A DNA stretch of 64,000 nucleotides, from NCBI GenBank assembly GCA_030390025.1, contig CM059432.1, positions 30,568,001 to 30,632,000 of the forward strand, given 5' to 3'. Within the stretch, counting starts at the first letter, position 1, and each line of letters opens with the position of its first letter. Origin of the DNA: Squalus acanthias (Eukaryota). The translations under genes and the position numbers were made by a program. Of the stretch, positions 22,458-37,070 are shown piece by piece. The notes under the pieces are model-generated. The model had not been told where the DNA came from. It saw nothing but the letters and a program-made list of their open reading frames with translations, and ran no database searches.

Positions 22458-22904
22458 TGAAGTGCCTTGGGATGTTTTACTATGTTAAAGGCGCTATATA
22501 AATACAAGTTGTTGTTGTTGTTATCCATCTGAGAGGACAGAGTCTTTATTTGATGTCTCATCTTAAAGACAGCACCTCCGACAGTGCCGCACTCCCTCAG
22601 TACTGGACTAGAATGTCAGCCTAGATTATGTACTCAAGTTCCTGGAGTGAAAACGAGAACTTTCTGACTCAGAGGCGGGATTGCTACCACTCAGCCAAGG
22701 CTGATAATCTTAGCAATTAAATTATCTTCTATTTAGCTTGAAATTGGTCCCTGCTGCTCCAACTAAAATGAGCTAATGTCCTCAAGGAGATCAAACTGCT
22801 GCTGATGTCACTAAAAATCTGTACGTCTCTTACTTCCTTCATCGTTGGTGGGTCAAAATCCTGGAATTCCATACCTATCACAATCGTAGAAATGCTATCA
22901 CCAT

Positions 22905-25225
22905 AAAGACTCATTCTCACCAATCTACTGTTGCAGATGCATCTGTCCATGACAGCATTGGTAGAAGTAACCATCGCACAGTCCTTGTGGAGACAAAGTC
23001 CCATCTTCACACTGAACCCTCCATCGTATTGTGTGGCACTAACACCCGTGCTAAATGGGATAGATTCAGAACAGATCTAGCAGCTCCAAAGTGGGCATCC
23101 ATGAGGTGCTGTGGGCCATCAGCAGCAGCAGAATTGTATTCCACCACAATCTGTAACCTCATGGTCCGGCATATTCCTCACCTACCATTACCATCAACTC
23201 AGGGGACCAAACCTTGTTCAATGAGGAGTGCAGAAGAGCATGCCAGGAGCAGCACCAGGCATACCTAAAAACGAGGTGTCAACCTGGGGAACTGCAACAC
23301 AGGACTACCTGCATGCTCAAAAGCGGAAGCAGCATGCTGTAGACAGAGCTAAGCGATCCCACAATCAACGGATCAGATCAAAGATCTGCAGTCCTGTCAC
23401 ATCCAGTCGTGAATAGTAGTGGACCATTAAACAACTAACGGGAGGAGGAGGCTCCATGAATATCCCCATCCTCAATGATGGCAGAGCCCAGAACGTGAGT
23501 GAAAAGACAAGGCTGAAGCATTTGCAACCATCATCAGCCAGAAGTCCCGAGTGAATGATCCATATCGGCCTGCTCCTGAGGTCCCCACCATCATAGAAGC
23601 CAATCTTCAGCCAATTCGATTCACTCCACGTGATATCAAGAAACGGCTGAGCGCACTGGATACAGCAAAGGCTATGGGCCCCAACAACATCCCGGCTGTT
23701 GTGCTGAAGACTTGTGCTCCAGAACTTGCCGTGCCTCTGGCCAAGCTGTTCCAGTACAGCTACAACACTGGCATGTACTAGACAATGTGGAAAACTGCCC
23801 AGGTATGTCCTGTCCACAAAAAGCAGGACAGATCCAACCCGACCAATTACCACCCCATCCATCTACTTTCAATTATCAGCAAAGTGATGGAAGGTGTCAT
23901 CAATAGTGCTATCAAGCGGCACTTACTCACCAATAACCTGCTCACCGATGCTCAGTTTGAGTTCTGCCAGGACCACTTGGCTCCAGACCTCATTACAGCC
24001 TTGGTCCAAACATGGACAAAAAGAGCTGAATTCCAGAGGTGAGGTGAGAGTGACTGCCCTTGACATCAAGGCAGCATTTGATCGAGTGTGTCGTCAAGGA
24101 GCCCTAGTAAAATTGAAGTCAATGGAAATCAGGGGACAAACTCTCCATTGGCTGGAGTCATACCAAGCACAAAGGAAGATGGTTGTGGTTGTTGGAGGTC
24201 AATCATCTCAACCCCAGGATATCACTACAGGAGTTCCTCAGTGCAGTGTCCTAGGCCCAACCATCTTCAGCGGCTGTATCAATGACCTTCCCTCCATCAT
24301 AAGGTCAGAAGTGGGGAAGTTCGTGGATGATTGCACAATGCTCAGTTCCATTCGCAACTCCTCAGATAATGAAGCAGTCCATACCCACATACAGCACGAC
24401 ATGGACAACATTCAGGCTTGGGTTGATAAGTGGCAAGTAAGATTCATGCCGCACAAGTGCCAGGCAATGGCTATCTCCAACAAGCAAGAGTCTAACCACT
24501 GCCCCTTGATATTCAACAGCTTTACCATCGCCAAAGCCCCCACCATCAACATCCTGGTGGTCACCCTTGACCAGAAACTTAACTGGACAAGCCACATAAA
24601 TACTGTTGCAACAAGAGCAGTTCGGAGGTTGGATATTCTGCGGTGAGTGTCTCACTTCCTGACTCCCAAAGCCTTTGCACCATCTACAAGGCACAAGTCA
24701 GGAGTGTGATGGAATACTCTCCACTTGCCTGGATGAGTGCAGCTCCAACAACACTCAGGAAGCTCGACAACATCCAGGACAAAGCAGCCCGCTTGATTGG
24801 AACCCCGTCCACCAACTTAAACATTCACTCCCTCCACCACCGGCGTACCGTGTCTGCAGTGTCTACCATCTATAAGATGCACTGCAGCAACTCGCCAAGG
24901 CTTCTTTGGCGGCACTTCCCAAACCCGCGACCTCTTCCACCTAGAAGGACAAGGGCAGCAGGCGCATGGGAACACCAACACCTCCAAGTTCCCCTCCAAG
25001 TTACACCCCATCCTGACTTAGAAGTATATCGCCGTTCCTTCATCGTCACTGGGTCAAAATCCTGGAACTCCCTACCTAAGAGCACTGTGGGAGTACCTTC
25101 ACCACCTGGACTGCAGCAGTTCAAGAAGGCAGCTCACCACCACCTTCTCAAGGGCAATTAGGGATGGGCAGTAAATGCTGGCCTTGCCAGCCATGCTCAC
25201 ATCCCAGTAATGAATAAAAAATAAA
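22905..25225 (+). mobile_element. CR1-group LINE (second family), degenerate ORF2 and 3' tail
   Basis: KAMGPNNIP, NYHPI.LLSIISKVME, ALDIKAAFDRV, GVPQCSVLGP and FVDD, with frameshifts and stops. Confidence 0.85.
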
Positions 25226-26594
25226 CTAAAAGGGTTTAAGAGAGAAGCCCTCCACCACCTTCTCAGGGCAACAGGGGATGGGCAATAATAGGGACCTGTC
25301 AATGTTGCCAATATCCTAAGAACAAATAAAAAGAAACTTTGCTTAAGAATAAATGATATTAACCTGGACACATTTTTGGTAACATAGACGGTAGTTCAAT
25401 GCAAATTGCAAGAAGTCGGTACTTTAGCACATTATTGTATACACATTCTACAAATAGAGCACCGATCGTAACAATAGTCAGTCACTACTGGAGTTCAAAA
25501 GTCACAGCATATTCTAGCCTGAGTCATTGTCGCTGGGTCAAAATCCTGGAGCTCCCTACCTAACAGATTGTGGTAGCACCTTCTCCACTTGGACTGCAGT
25601 GGTTCAAGAAGGAGGCCCACCACCACCATCTGAAGGGCAGCTAGGGAAGGGCAATAAATGCCGACCTTGCCAGCGACGCGAATAATGATGAAAAAAAATA
25701 TTGCTGCCTTTTCTATCTCCTTCGTCTTTCGTTCTACAACAGTAGAATTCTTCAATGAATTTAACTAGGTGTAACAGTTTCCCTTTATTTGGCTGTGTTT
25801 TAAAGCAGTCTTGTCAGATTTATCTAGCTTAATTTGTTTGCAAAGCTCTGTGATTAAACTACGCTTTGGAAATTCACTAGCACATTATTTAGAATTCAGC
25901 AGATAAAATCAAATTCCTCAAGGGAGCAGCTGCAGTGGAGTCAGTGGGCTTGTAGCTGGGCCATCACTGTTGGTTTTCCTAGTAGTTTAATCCCCGGATA
26001 GTTGAAGGGCCACACGACGACTGCAATGAGCAGTTTGATTTGTACGATTGTACTGAAGCTTGCGGCTCTGGTTTTGACATAGACGACTCAAGACCAGATC
26101 ACGGCACAAGGCAAAGTAGATGTGTGCCTCAGGACTCACAAGAAAGGGTGATTTCATAACCATAACTCAGTCACCACGCTTGCTGCATTTTACAGGTAAT
26201 CCGTTGTGTGAACTGCTTTGAAACATTGTAAAATGATTCGGCATATATAAACGTAAGTATCTAAAAGTATATATATTATTAGAAGCTCAAAGTCTAGAAG
26301 CTGTCGGACTATTTCACATGAAGGAAAAAGCACAGTACTGAGATCATCATAATTCATCTTTGTGTCTGATTTTCAAACATTGTGGTGCTTTTTTATAGGG
26401 CTCTTTGCAGCTTTATTACATCCATGTTGATGTATGACATCTTTTTCTCATTTGATCAAAATCATTGTCGTGCAAAATAAGCTCTTCAATTCATTAAGTT
26501 AAACATTTGAAACAGATCTACTTGACGTTTGCCTCAAGGCTCCATGTGTTAAGAAACTGTTTGGCAGCTGCACCAGTTCATTTGCAGAGTCAAG

Positions 26595-28368
26595 GGCAGG
26601 AATTCTACCGGAGCTCAGCAGACGCGATGGGTGGCGGGTCAGCTGTTCAATTTTAAATGATTGACAGCGGGCTGGAAACCTGCTGTCAAAACGTGCACAC
26701 TGGACTTTCCCGATGTCGGGTCAAGCAGACCCGACAGGCAGCGGCGGGCAAGGCATTTAAAATCATTAGTGGCTTGTTTACAGCCACTTAACAATGCTTT
26801 TTTCCCAGCATTTTGAATTCGACAGGTTGCCCACTGGTTTCCCGCAGTGTCTAGACCTCGTCTGTGAAGCTGAGGTGGGAGGCGACTTGCCATTGTTTCA
26901 GCTGATGAGTTGACAGCTTCAAATGTCAAGTCAAAGCTCCCAGCTGATTGAGATATGTTCCCTTAGACACTAGCTTCTCTAAACTGCATTTCCACTACAG
27001 ATTCAGAATGCTGCAAGTCTTTACACAAGTCTCCATCCAGTCTGACCTCATTACCTTGCCCACCATTGACAGATCACTTCTGTCATCTCTACTTCACCTG
27101 TCATCTATTCCATCAGCATCGGTGCACTTTATACTCTCTTACCTTGGTCCTCAAATCCCACCACGATCAGCCCCAACACCAGCACCACCAGGCACACCAG
27201 CAGCACCAACAACAACACCAACCTTCTCCACAATCAACTGATGCTGCACAGGACACAGGGCATCAGCACCCGATCACATTGCTGCCCGGAGGCCAGGGAT
27301 GGCCTCACCATAGCCAGATTTACTTCACTTGAAGCTGTACACCCTGGCTGCCACATGATGCGCCAGGTTGGCACCACCCCACACCAACACCATAAAGCAT
27401 CCCTACAATGCCCAAGCCATTACTTTCACACTTATCACCATTGCTGGGGGTGGGGGGGGGGGGGATGGTACCCTTATGTCTCACCATTCTCTGCAACTCA
27501 CGAAGCCACTTCCAAAGGTGCACACAAATCTGTCCAAGAACACAAAGTGTTGACAATAAAGATTTCAATGTTTGACAGCACATTAACAGAAACTTCACAT
27601 GAACATTGGCTAAAACTTACAAATGCCTACCCTTGTGTGTTGTTATTTGGTATGATTGGACTAGGATGAGTGTGAGTGTGAGGGGTGGCTAGTGAGATGG
27701 GAAAGTGATAATGTAGATAGAGAGGGATGGGTGGAGGTGCAAGGTAAGTTGGTGTGTGTAAGGATGTGCAGGAGTAGGGTAGGGAAGGCAGAGTGATGGG
27801 GATGTGATGAGAGGCACAGCAGGATGAGGTTGAGTGTGGCTTTGCAGTAATGTTTTGTGAACTACTGAGATCATTGAAAGGTTTGCGCCACTGCAGCCAG
27901 GTCCTCCTGAAGACATCTCTGCTTGTGTCCTGTGCAATATGCAACCAGGCTGCGTTAGTCTCCTGGGAAGGTCCCTTCCGCCAGTTGGAAAGGAAGAGAA
28001 CCTCCCTGAGTGCTGTGACTCCCTCCATAAGCATATGGAGGGAGTAATGAGAGAGCCTGGGTGCAGCCCCGCACCTCTGTGCAGTTCTTGTCAGTGTTTG
28101 CAGCACCTCTATGCTGTAGAACACTAACAGCACAAATGTCAAAGTAAATTTGCGCATGGTCCCTTTAAGGAAACCGGCTGATGACGCATCAGCAAATGAC
28201 GTCATCAGACCCGCTTCCTTCCTTTGGCCGGGAAACGCGCTGGGCGGGCTTAACATGCCCAATCAGGGGAATGTCATTTCAGAGGCTGGGATGGAGACAG
28301 GAGCAGGGCCGGGACCTGCCACCGTCGTCGCCCGCCACGGACCCGCTGAGGTAGGGAAAATCACAGCC
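26595..28368 (-). mobile_element. Non-autonomous Harbinger with decayed Myb/SANT exon
   Basis: Imperfect TIRs GGCAGGAATT / AATCACAGCC and TSD AAG (26592-26594, 28369-28371). Minus strand encodes APRLSHYSL...AAWLHIA...RTWLQWRKPFNDL. Confidence 0.8.
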
Positions 28369-31300
28369 AAGGAATCTAGCTGGTCTCTTCCTTTCACCTG
28401 TTTCTCTTTCCACGAATGGAGCTGTCACAGAGACCTAAGATGCGTCAGTAGTGGATGGAACTGTCAGGCCCCAAATCCCACATCTCCTGGGCCAGCAGGG
28501 TACGGTGAGGAGCCGTACTGTGTACCTTCAGTATTAATGCAACAATAATAATAATAATGGGAGAGGACAGCATATTTTGCTCTTGGGGCAACACAGTTCG
28601 GTAGAATTTGGACCTCATTGCACCCATATTCTGAGTGGAAAGAGGTCCAATTTAGGTGGCCAACCTCCTGTGCTCGAATATTGTCAGAGACACGTTTGAC
28701 ATAATTTTGGTTCTGGCGCTTTAGAGGCGTTCCTGGTGTAAATCTAAATTAGGCGTTAGGCCCCTTACATCTGCTAATGTGGGGCCTAATGCCTATTTAA
28801 GGACCCCTTCCTAAAATTGGGCTGCCCTGACTGGAGCAGGGACCAGGCGAGCTCTGCTCAGCTTTTCCAGGAGTAGATGCAGCCTAACAAGCTGTTGCCA
28901 CCAAATGGCAAGGTTTTCTTCACAGCACTCCTTAGGGCTGCCGCCGGCCCACGGCCACCTCATCACTTTCTCCTTCCCCCACCTCCCAGCATTTACCTGA
29001 GGGGCGCTATTGGCATTGCAGCGTCCTCGAAATTGACCTCCGCTTCGCTAGCAAGCTGCCTGGGGATGCGTGGTCGGTGTCTGCAGCTTGCCGGACCTGT
29101 TAAAATTAGGCCGGAGGACGTATATTAATCTGGCCTCGGGCTTGCCAGTTTGCAGCAGCCTATTTAATTTCTAATCCAGTATGCAATGCCCAACCTTAGT
29201 TGAGCTGAGAGTCATACACAAAGTGGAGTCATATGTAAGGCAGTCTACGTAGGGGTGGCAGAGTCCCTTCCCTGAAGGACATTAATGAACCAGTTGGATT
29301 TTGACAACAATCTGGTTGCCTTCACAGTGATTTTTTGGTGCTAGCCTACAAACCAGAGCACTCCATGATGTAGGACTGAGCTAGCCCGACAAGAGAGGAA
29401 TTCAATTTCACAACTTATCATGGTGGGATTTGAACTCATGAGCTCTGGTAGCTAGTTCAGTACCATAACCACGGGACTACCATAGCCAATTCTCCAGTCA
29501 TAGCTCAGTGCTCTGCATAAATTTGTACTGAGCCACCCATACAAGGAGGAAACCAGGTTTGATCATTTGTCTGTGCTGAGTTAGCTCATCTCAGTTCCTG
29601 TATCATTACTGGGTCAAAATCCCAGAATTCCTTACTTAGTGCCATTGTGGTAGGACCATCAACAAAAGGAATGCGTTTCAAACAGAAGGCCCACCATCAT
29701 CTTCACAGGGAAACTAGTGATGGCTATAAAGCTTGAACACAGAGCACAGAGCCTGAAGACAGAGCTGGGTGAACGCAATCGGACTGGATCGCAAGCAGAG
29801 TGGAAGAGTTTGGTGAGAGCAGGAATTTGGTGGAGAGGAGGAAGGCAGCTGAGGCGTCTAACTGAAAAGGAGGAGTGGAGCCACAGAACCCAAGAACTCT
29901 AAGTTAATAGGCCCGAGAGCGGACCTGCAGGATAGTGAGATGAGTGGCTGGAGATAAAGGTAGGTGCGACAGCCAAGAGCCCGGATGGGAGCGCAAGCGT
30001 CAGGGAGCGAGATAAAATAAAGTGTCGTCAGTACAAGGGAAGGAGCTGATTGGTGAGTAGCAGGTATTTTTTTAAGTTTTGAGTTTATTTCTGTTAAGTT
30101 ATTTAATAGTCTATTAAATAGAGGCAAGGCAGGGCACCTCAGTCCCACGGAATGCACATCTTGTGCCATGTGGGAACTCCAGGACGCGTCCCATATCCTG
30201 GACAAGCACATGTGCAGGAAGTGTCGTCAGCTGGAGGAGCTCAAGCTCCAGGTTTTGGAGCTTGAGCCGCAGCTGGCGTCACTACGGTGCATCTGTGAGG
30301 CTGAGAGCTACGTGGATAACACGTTTCAGAGGTGGTCACCCCGCAGCGCAAGAGTGTGCAGGCAGAGAGGGAATGGATGGCCGCCAGACATACAAGGAGG
30401 ACCAGGCAGGTAGTGCAGGAGTCCCTTGAGTGCATCTCACTCTGTAACCAGTACTGAATACTGGTGCGGGCGATGGATCCACTGGTGAGTACAGACAGAG
30501 CCAAGTCCACGGCACCACGGGTGGCTCAGCTGTACAGGTTGGGAGGAGGAAGATTGTGAAAGCAATAGTGATAGGTGATTCGATAGTTAGGGGAGCAGAC
30601 AGGCGTTTCTGCGGCCGCAGACGTGATTCCAGGATGGTATGTTGCCTCCCTAGTGCCAGGTTCAAGGATGTCACTGAGCGGCTGCAGAACATTGTGAGGG
30701 GGGAGGTTGAACAACCAGATGTCGTGGTCCATATCGGTATCAACGACATAGGTAGAAAGAGGGATGAGGTCCTTCAAGCAGATTTAGGGAGCTGGGAAAG
30801 AGATTAAAAAAACAGGACCTCAAAGGTAGTAATCTCCGGATTACTCCTGGTGCCACGAGCTAGTGAGTATAGAAATAGAAGGATAGAGCAGATGAATGAG
30901 TGGCTGAAGAGATAGTGCAGGAGGGAGAGCTTTAGATTCCTGGGACATTGGGACCAGTTCTGTGGGGAGGTGGGACCTATACAGGCCGGACGGGTTGCAC
31001 CTCAACAGAGCCAAGACCAATGTCCTCGAGGGGGCATTTGCTAGTGCTGTTGGGAAGGGTTTAAACTAACTTGCCATGGGATGGACACCAGGATGTAGCA
31101 TTAGAAAGGAGAAACAAGGTGTACAAAGGATTGGGAGAGACAGATAGCACTAGAGTAAGAAATAGTACGGTATTAGGTGGGGTCAGACTAAGAGAGAATA
31201 CAAGAAGGTCTAAGATAGGTTTACAGTGCATGTGTGTAAACGCACAAAGTGTGGTAAATAAGGTTGGTGAGCTGCAGGCACAATAGCCACATGTGAATAT

Positions 31301-31375
31301 GATGTCGTGGCAATAAATGAGACCTGGCTCAAAAAAGGGCAGGAATGGGTACTAAATATTTCTGCAGAAATATTT

Positions 31376-33251
31376 CCTGTGTGAGAACCTCTCTGGGTAC
31401 GTCGAGGGCATCCTGAAACCCATCGTACAGGGAACCCCCAGCTTCTGTCGCGACACTACAGACTTCTTGCAGAAACTCAGCACACATGGACCAGTTGAAA
31501 CAGGAACACTCCTCGCCACGATGGACGTATTGGCACTCTACACCAATATCCCCCACGATGACGGCATCGCTGCGACAGCCTCAGTACTCAACACCAACAA
31601 CAGCCAATCTCCAGACGCCATCCTACAACTCATCCGCTTCATCCTTGACCACAATGTCTTCACCTTCGACAACCAGTTTTTTACCCAAACACACGGAACA
31701 GCCATGGGGACCAAATTCGCACCCCAATACGCCAACATCTTCATGCACAAGTTCGAGCAAGACTTCTTCGCTACACAGGACCTCCAACCAACGCTGTACA
31801 CCAGATACATTGACGACATCTTCTTCCTTTGGACCCACGGCGAAGGATCACTGAAAGGATGACACGATAACATCAACAGGTTCCATCCCACCATCAAACT
31901 CACCATGGACTGCTCCTCAGAATCAGTTTCATTCTTGGACACACGAATCTCCATCAAAGACGGACACCTCAGCACTTCACTCTACCGCAAGCTCACGGAG
32001 AACCTCACGATGCTCCACTTCTCCAGCTTCCACCCTAACCACGTTAAAGAAGCCATCCCCTATGGACAAGCCCTGCGAATACACAGGATCTGCTCAGACG
32101 AGGAGGAACACGATGGACACCTACGGACGCTGAAAGACGCCCTCGTAAGAACGGGATATGACACTCGACTCGTCGATCGACAGTTCCGACGGGCCACAGC
32201 AAAAAACCGCATAGACCTCCTCAGAAGGCGAACACGGGACACAACCAACAGAGTACCCTACGTCGTCCAGTACTTCCCCGGAGCGGAGAAACTACACCAT
32301 GTTCTTCGCAGCCTTCAACATGTCATCGATGACGACGAACACCTTGCTAAGGCCATCCCCACGCCTCCACTACTCGCCTTCAAGCAGCCGCCTAACCTCA
32401 AAAGTACCATCGTTCGCAGCAAATTACCCAGCTTTCAGGAGAACAGCGACCACGACACCACACAACCCTGCCACGGCAACCTCTGCAAGACATGCCAGAT
32501 CATCAACACAGATACCATCATCACACGTGAGGACACTACCCACCAGGTACATGGTACATACTCATGTGACTCGGCCAACGTTGTCTACCTCATACGTTGC
32601 AGGAAAGAATGCACCGCGGCATGGTACATTGGCGAGACCATGCAGACACTGAGACAACGTATGAACGGACACTGCGCAACAATCACCAGGCAGGATTGTT
32701 ACCTCCCAGTCGGGGAACACTTCAGCAGTCAAGAACATTCAGCCTCGGATCTGCGGGTTAGCGTTCTCCAAGGCGGCCTTCGAGACACACGACAACGCAA
32801 AATCATCGAGCAGAAACTGATAGCCAAGTTCCGCACCCATGAGGACGGCCTCAATAGGGATCTCGGGTTCATGTCACGCTACAGAACGTGACTCGACATC
32901 GTTGTCTGTCTTTCCAGTTTAAAAAAAAAATCACAACAAAAAAAAAAGTTAAAAGCTTAACTGCAGACGGCAGCATTTGACACGTTGGACCCCCTGTGAC
33001 CCACCTCATTGCCTTAGCTGTACTCTGATGGGTCTTTGATGTAATGCCTCCCTAACAGATTGTATCTCTGCAGACAAATTGTTCTCTGTGTATATATACT
33101 GTGTAATAGATTCACTCACTGTACCTTTACCTGAAGAAGGGGCAGAGCTCCGAAAGCTCGTAATTTTAAATAAAACTGTTGGACTATAACCTGGTGTTGT
33201 GCGACTTCTCATTTTTGTCCACTCCAGTCCAACACCGGCATCTCCGCATCA
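31376..33251 (+). mobile_element. Penelope-like element, 5'-truncated (RT + GIY-YIG endonuclease + pLTR)
   Basis: GTAMGTKFAP and RYIDD; VVYLIRC...WYIGET...RMNGH; one frameshift near 31858. The CR1 sequence resumes at 33252. Confidence 0.92.
33125..33165 (+). ncRNA. Hammerhead ribozyme motif in Penelope pLTR
   Basis: CTGAAGA (33131-33137), stem II ggggc/gctcc, GAAA (33152-33155). Confidence 0.7.
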
Positions 33252-36200
33252 TGGATATAAGGTGTTCAGGAAAGATAGGGAAGGAAAGAAAGGAGGTGGG
33301 GTGGCAGTTTTGATTAAAGAGAATATTACAGTGCTGGAGAGAGAGGATGTCCTGGAGGGGTCAAGGACCGAATCTATTTGGTTAGAGTTAAGAAACAGTA
33401 GAGGTGCCATTACACTACTAGGTGTATTCTATAGGCCACCAACTAGTGGGAAAGATATAGAGGAGCAAATTTGCAGGGAAATTACAGAGAGGTGCAAGAA
33501 CTATAGTGATAATGGGGGACTTCAACTATCCTAATATAGTAATAGTGTAAAGGGCAGAGAGGGGGAAGATTTTCTGAAGTGTGTTCAGGAGAACTTTTTT
33601 GATCAGTATGTTTCAGGCCCAATCAAAAAAGAGGCATTGCTAGATCTGGTTCTGGGGAATGAGGTGGGTCAAGTGGAACAAGTATCAATAGATGAACATT
33701 TAGGGAACAGTGATCATAATATCATAAGGATTAGATTAGCTATGGAAAAGGACAGGGAGCAATCTAGAGTAAAAATACTTAATTGGAGGAAGGCCAATTT
33801 CAGTGGGTTGAGAACGATCTGGTCTGGGTAAATTGGAATCAAAGATTGGCAGACAAAACTGTAATTGAACAATGGGCTGCCTTTAAAGAGGAGATGGTTC
33901 AGGTACAGTCGAGGTATATTCCCACAAGGGGGAAAGGTAGGGTAACCAAAGTCAGAGCTCCCTGGATGACGAAAGAGATAGAGAGTAAAATGAAGCAGAA
34001 AAAGGAGTGTATGACAGATGTCAGGTTGAGAATGCAAGTGAAAAATCAGGCTGAATACAGAAAGTTCAGAGGAGAAGTGAAAAAGGAAATAAAAGGAACA
34101 AAGAGAAAGTATGAGAATAGATTGGCAGCTAACATAAAAGGAATTTCAAAAGTCTTCTATAGGCATATAAATAGTAAATGGGTAGTAAGAAGAGGGGTGG
34201 AGCCAATTAGGGACCAAAATGGAGACCTATGCAAAGAGGCAGAGAGTATGGCTGAGTTACTAAATCAGTACTTTGCATCTATCTTTACCAAGGAAGAAGA
34301 TGCTGCCAAAGTCATAGTGAAAGAGGAGGTAGTTGAAATACTGGATGGGTTAAAAATTGATAAAGTGGAGGTACTAGAAAGGCTGGCTGTACTTAAATAG
34401 ATAAGTTACCAGGACCGGAAGGGATGCATCCTCGGATGCTGAGGGAAGTAAAGGTGGAAATTGCAGAGGTACTGGCTATAATCTTCCAATCCTCTTTAGA
34501 TACAAGGGTGGTGCCAGAGGACTGGAGAATTGCAAATATTACATCCTTGTTCAAAAAAGGGTGTAAGGATTAAACCCAGCAACTACAGGCCTGTTAATTT
34601 AACTTCGGTATTGGGGAAGCTTTTAGAAACGATAATCCGGGACAAAATTAACAGTCACTTGGACAAATGTGGATCAATTAAGGAAATCGTGTTTAACTAA
34701 CTTGAGTGAGTTTTTTGCAGATGCAACAGACAGGGTTGATGAGGGCAATACGGTTGATGTGGTGTACATGGACTTCCAAAATGCATTTACATAAGAACAT
34801 AAGAACATAAGAAATAAGAGCAGGGGTAGGCTATTTGGCCCCTCGAGCCTGCTCCGCCATTCAATAAGATCATGGCTGATCTGATAAAGTGCCATATAAT
34901 AGGCTTGCCAGCAAAGTTGAAGCCCATGGAATAAAAGGGACAGTGGCAGCATGGATACGAAATTGTCTAAGTGACAGGAAACAGAGAGTAGTGGTGAACG
35001 GTTGTTTTTCGTACTGGAGGAAGGTGTACAGTGGTGTTCCCCAAGGGCAGGTATTAGGATCACTGCTTTTCTTGATATATATTAATGACTTGGACTTGGG
35101 TGTACAGGACATAATTTCAAAATTTGCAGATGACACAAAACTTGGAAGTATAGTGAACAGTGAGGAGGATAGTGATAGACTTCAAGAGGACATAGACAAG
35201 CTGGTGGAATTGGCAGACACGTTGCAGATGAAATTTAATGCAGAAAAGTGCGAAGTGATACATTTTGGTAGGAAGAATGAGGACAGGCAATATAAACTAA
35301 AGGGTACAATTCTAAAGGGGATGCATGAACAGAGAGACCTGGGGGTATATGTGCACAAATCATTGAAGGTGGCCGGACAGGTTGAGAAAGCGATTAAAAA
35401 AGCATAAGGGCTCCTGGGCTTCATAAATAGTGGCATAGAGTACAAAAGCAAGGAAGTTATGATGAACCTGTGTAAAACACTGGTTCAGCCTCAACTGGAG
35501 TATTGTGTCCAATTCTGGGCACTGCACTTTAGGAAGGATGTGAAGGCCTTAGAGAGGGTGCAGAAAAGATTTATGAGAATGGTTCCAGGGATGAAGGACT
35601 TCAGTTACGTGGATAAACTGGAGAAGCTGGGGTTATTCTCCTTAGAGCAGAGAAGATTTGAGAGGAGATTGGATAGAGGTGTTCAAAATCATGAGGGGTC
35701 TGGACAAAGTAGATGGAGAGAAACTGTTCCCATTGGTGGAAGGGTTGAGAACCAGAGGACACAGATTTAAGGTGATTGGCAGAAGAACCAAAGGCGACAT
35801 TAGGAAAAACTTTTTTACGCAGGGAGTGGTTAGGATCTGGAATGTATTGCCTGAGAGGGTGGTGGAGGTAGATTCAATTGTGGCTTTCAAAAAGGAATTG
35901 GATAAGTACCTGAAGGAAAAAAATTGCAGGGCTACGGGGAAAGGGCGGGGGAGTGGGACTAGCTGAAGTGCTCTTGCAGAGAGCCAGCACGGGCGCGACG
36001 GGCCAAATGGCCTCCTTCTGTGCTGTAACTGTTCTACGATTCTATAAAGTTAGCCTTCTCAGTATTGCCCACATCCTGAGAACAATTTAATAAAAAAAGA
36101 ATTTCAGCGAGTTTACTGGTGGCGGTTTTATAATTGACCACAAGCCTCTGGGATCTTGAAAATGAAAATAACCCCCTCAATCACTGTCCAGGGGCCTCTG

Positions 36201-36349
36201 CCTGAAACTTTACATGTGTGGACCGCAGATGAGGACAGTCGTGCCCTCAATCAAAATTCCCACTGATACTCACTGGCTAATCTCACAATGAAGAATGGCT
36301 GAGATATAGGAACATGCAAATTCCGGAGTAGGCTATTCAACCTAGTTCA

Positions 36350-37070
36350 GCATAGTTTATCTGTATCTGCCCTATCATTTTAAATACGCCGATTAGATCA
36401 CCCATCAACCTTCTAAACTAAATGAATAACAAGCCATGTTTATGCAACCTATCACCATATAACCCTTTAAACCCCGGTATTATTCTGGTGAATCAGATCT
36501 GTACCCTCTCCTAGAACAATATATTTTTCCTGAGGTTCGATGAAAATACTGAACACAGTACTCCAGATGGAATCTGACCAAGACTCTGTACAACTGAAAT
36601 ATCACTTACTCACTTTTGTATTCCAATTCCTTTGAGATAAAAGCCAACATTCCATTCGCCTTTTTTTTTTATTGTTTGTACCTCTGCACCAGCTTTTAGT
36701 GATCCCTTTTCTCCTCTACAGTTCCCAGTCTCTCACCATTAAGAAAATATCCCATTTTGTCTTTCTCAGATCCAAAGTGGATGACCTCACACTATCCCAC
36801 AAGGAACTCCATTCTGCTATAGTTTTGCCTACTTACTTAATGTCCCATTGAAACATTTTGTCCCCATCTACACAATTAACTGTGCCTCCTAACTTAGAGT
36901 CATCTAAAAACTTGGATATGCAACTCTCTATTCATTTATCTAAGTTATTGATATATATGGTGTAAAGCTTAGGCCCCAGTATAGATCCCTGGGGAACACC
37001 ACTTGACACATCCTGCCAATCAGACTACATTTCCTTATTCCTTAGTCTTTATCTTCTACCTCCCAACCAA
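36350..37070 (-). mobile_element. Old CR1 RT fragment
   Basis: Decayed reverse complement of the region intact at 18000-18760. Confidence 0.65.

Larger units (their letters stand above)
29740..36045 (+). mobile_element. Near-full-length degenerate CR1 LINE (ORF1 zinc-finger/SGNH esterase; ORF2 endonuclease-RT), interrupted
   Basis: HMCRKC, VIGDSIVRG and VVVHIGIND (esterase); CMCVNAQS, RKDREGKKGGGVA, FYRPP, GVPQG and FADD. Carries a Penelope insertion and a short CR1 tail (~34789-34884, -). Confidence 0.9.
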
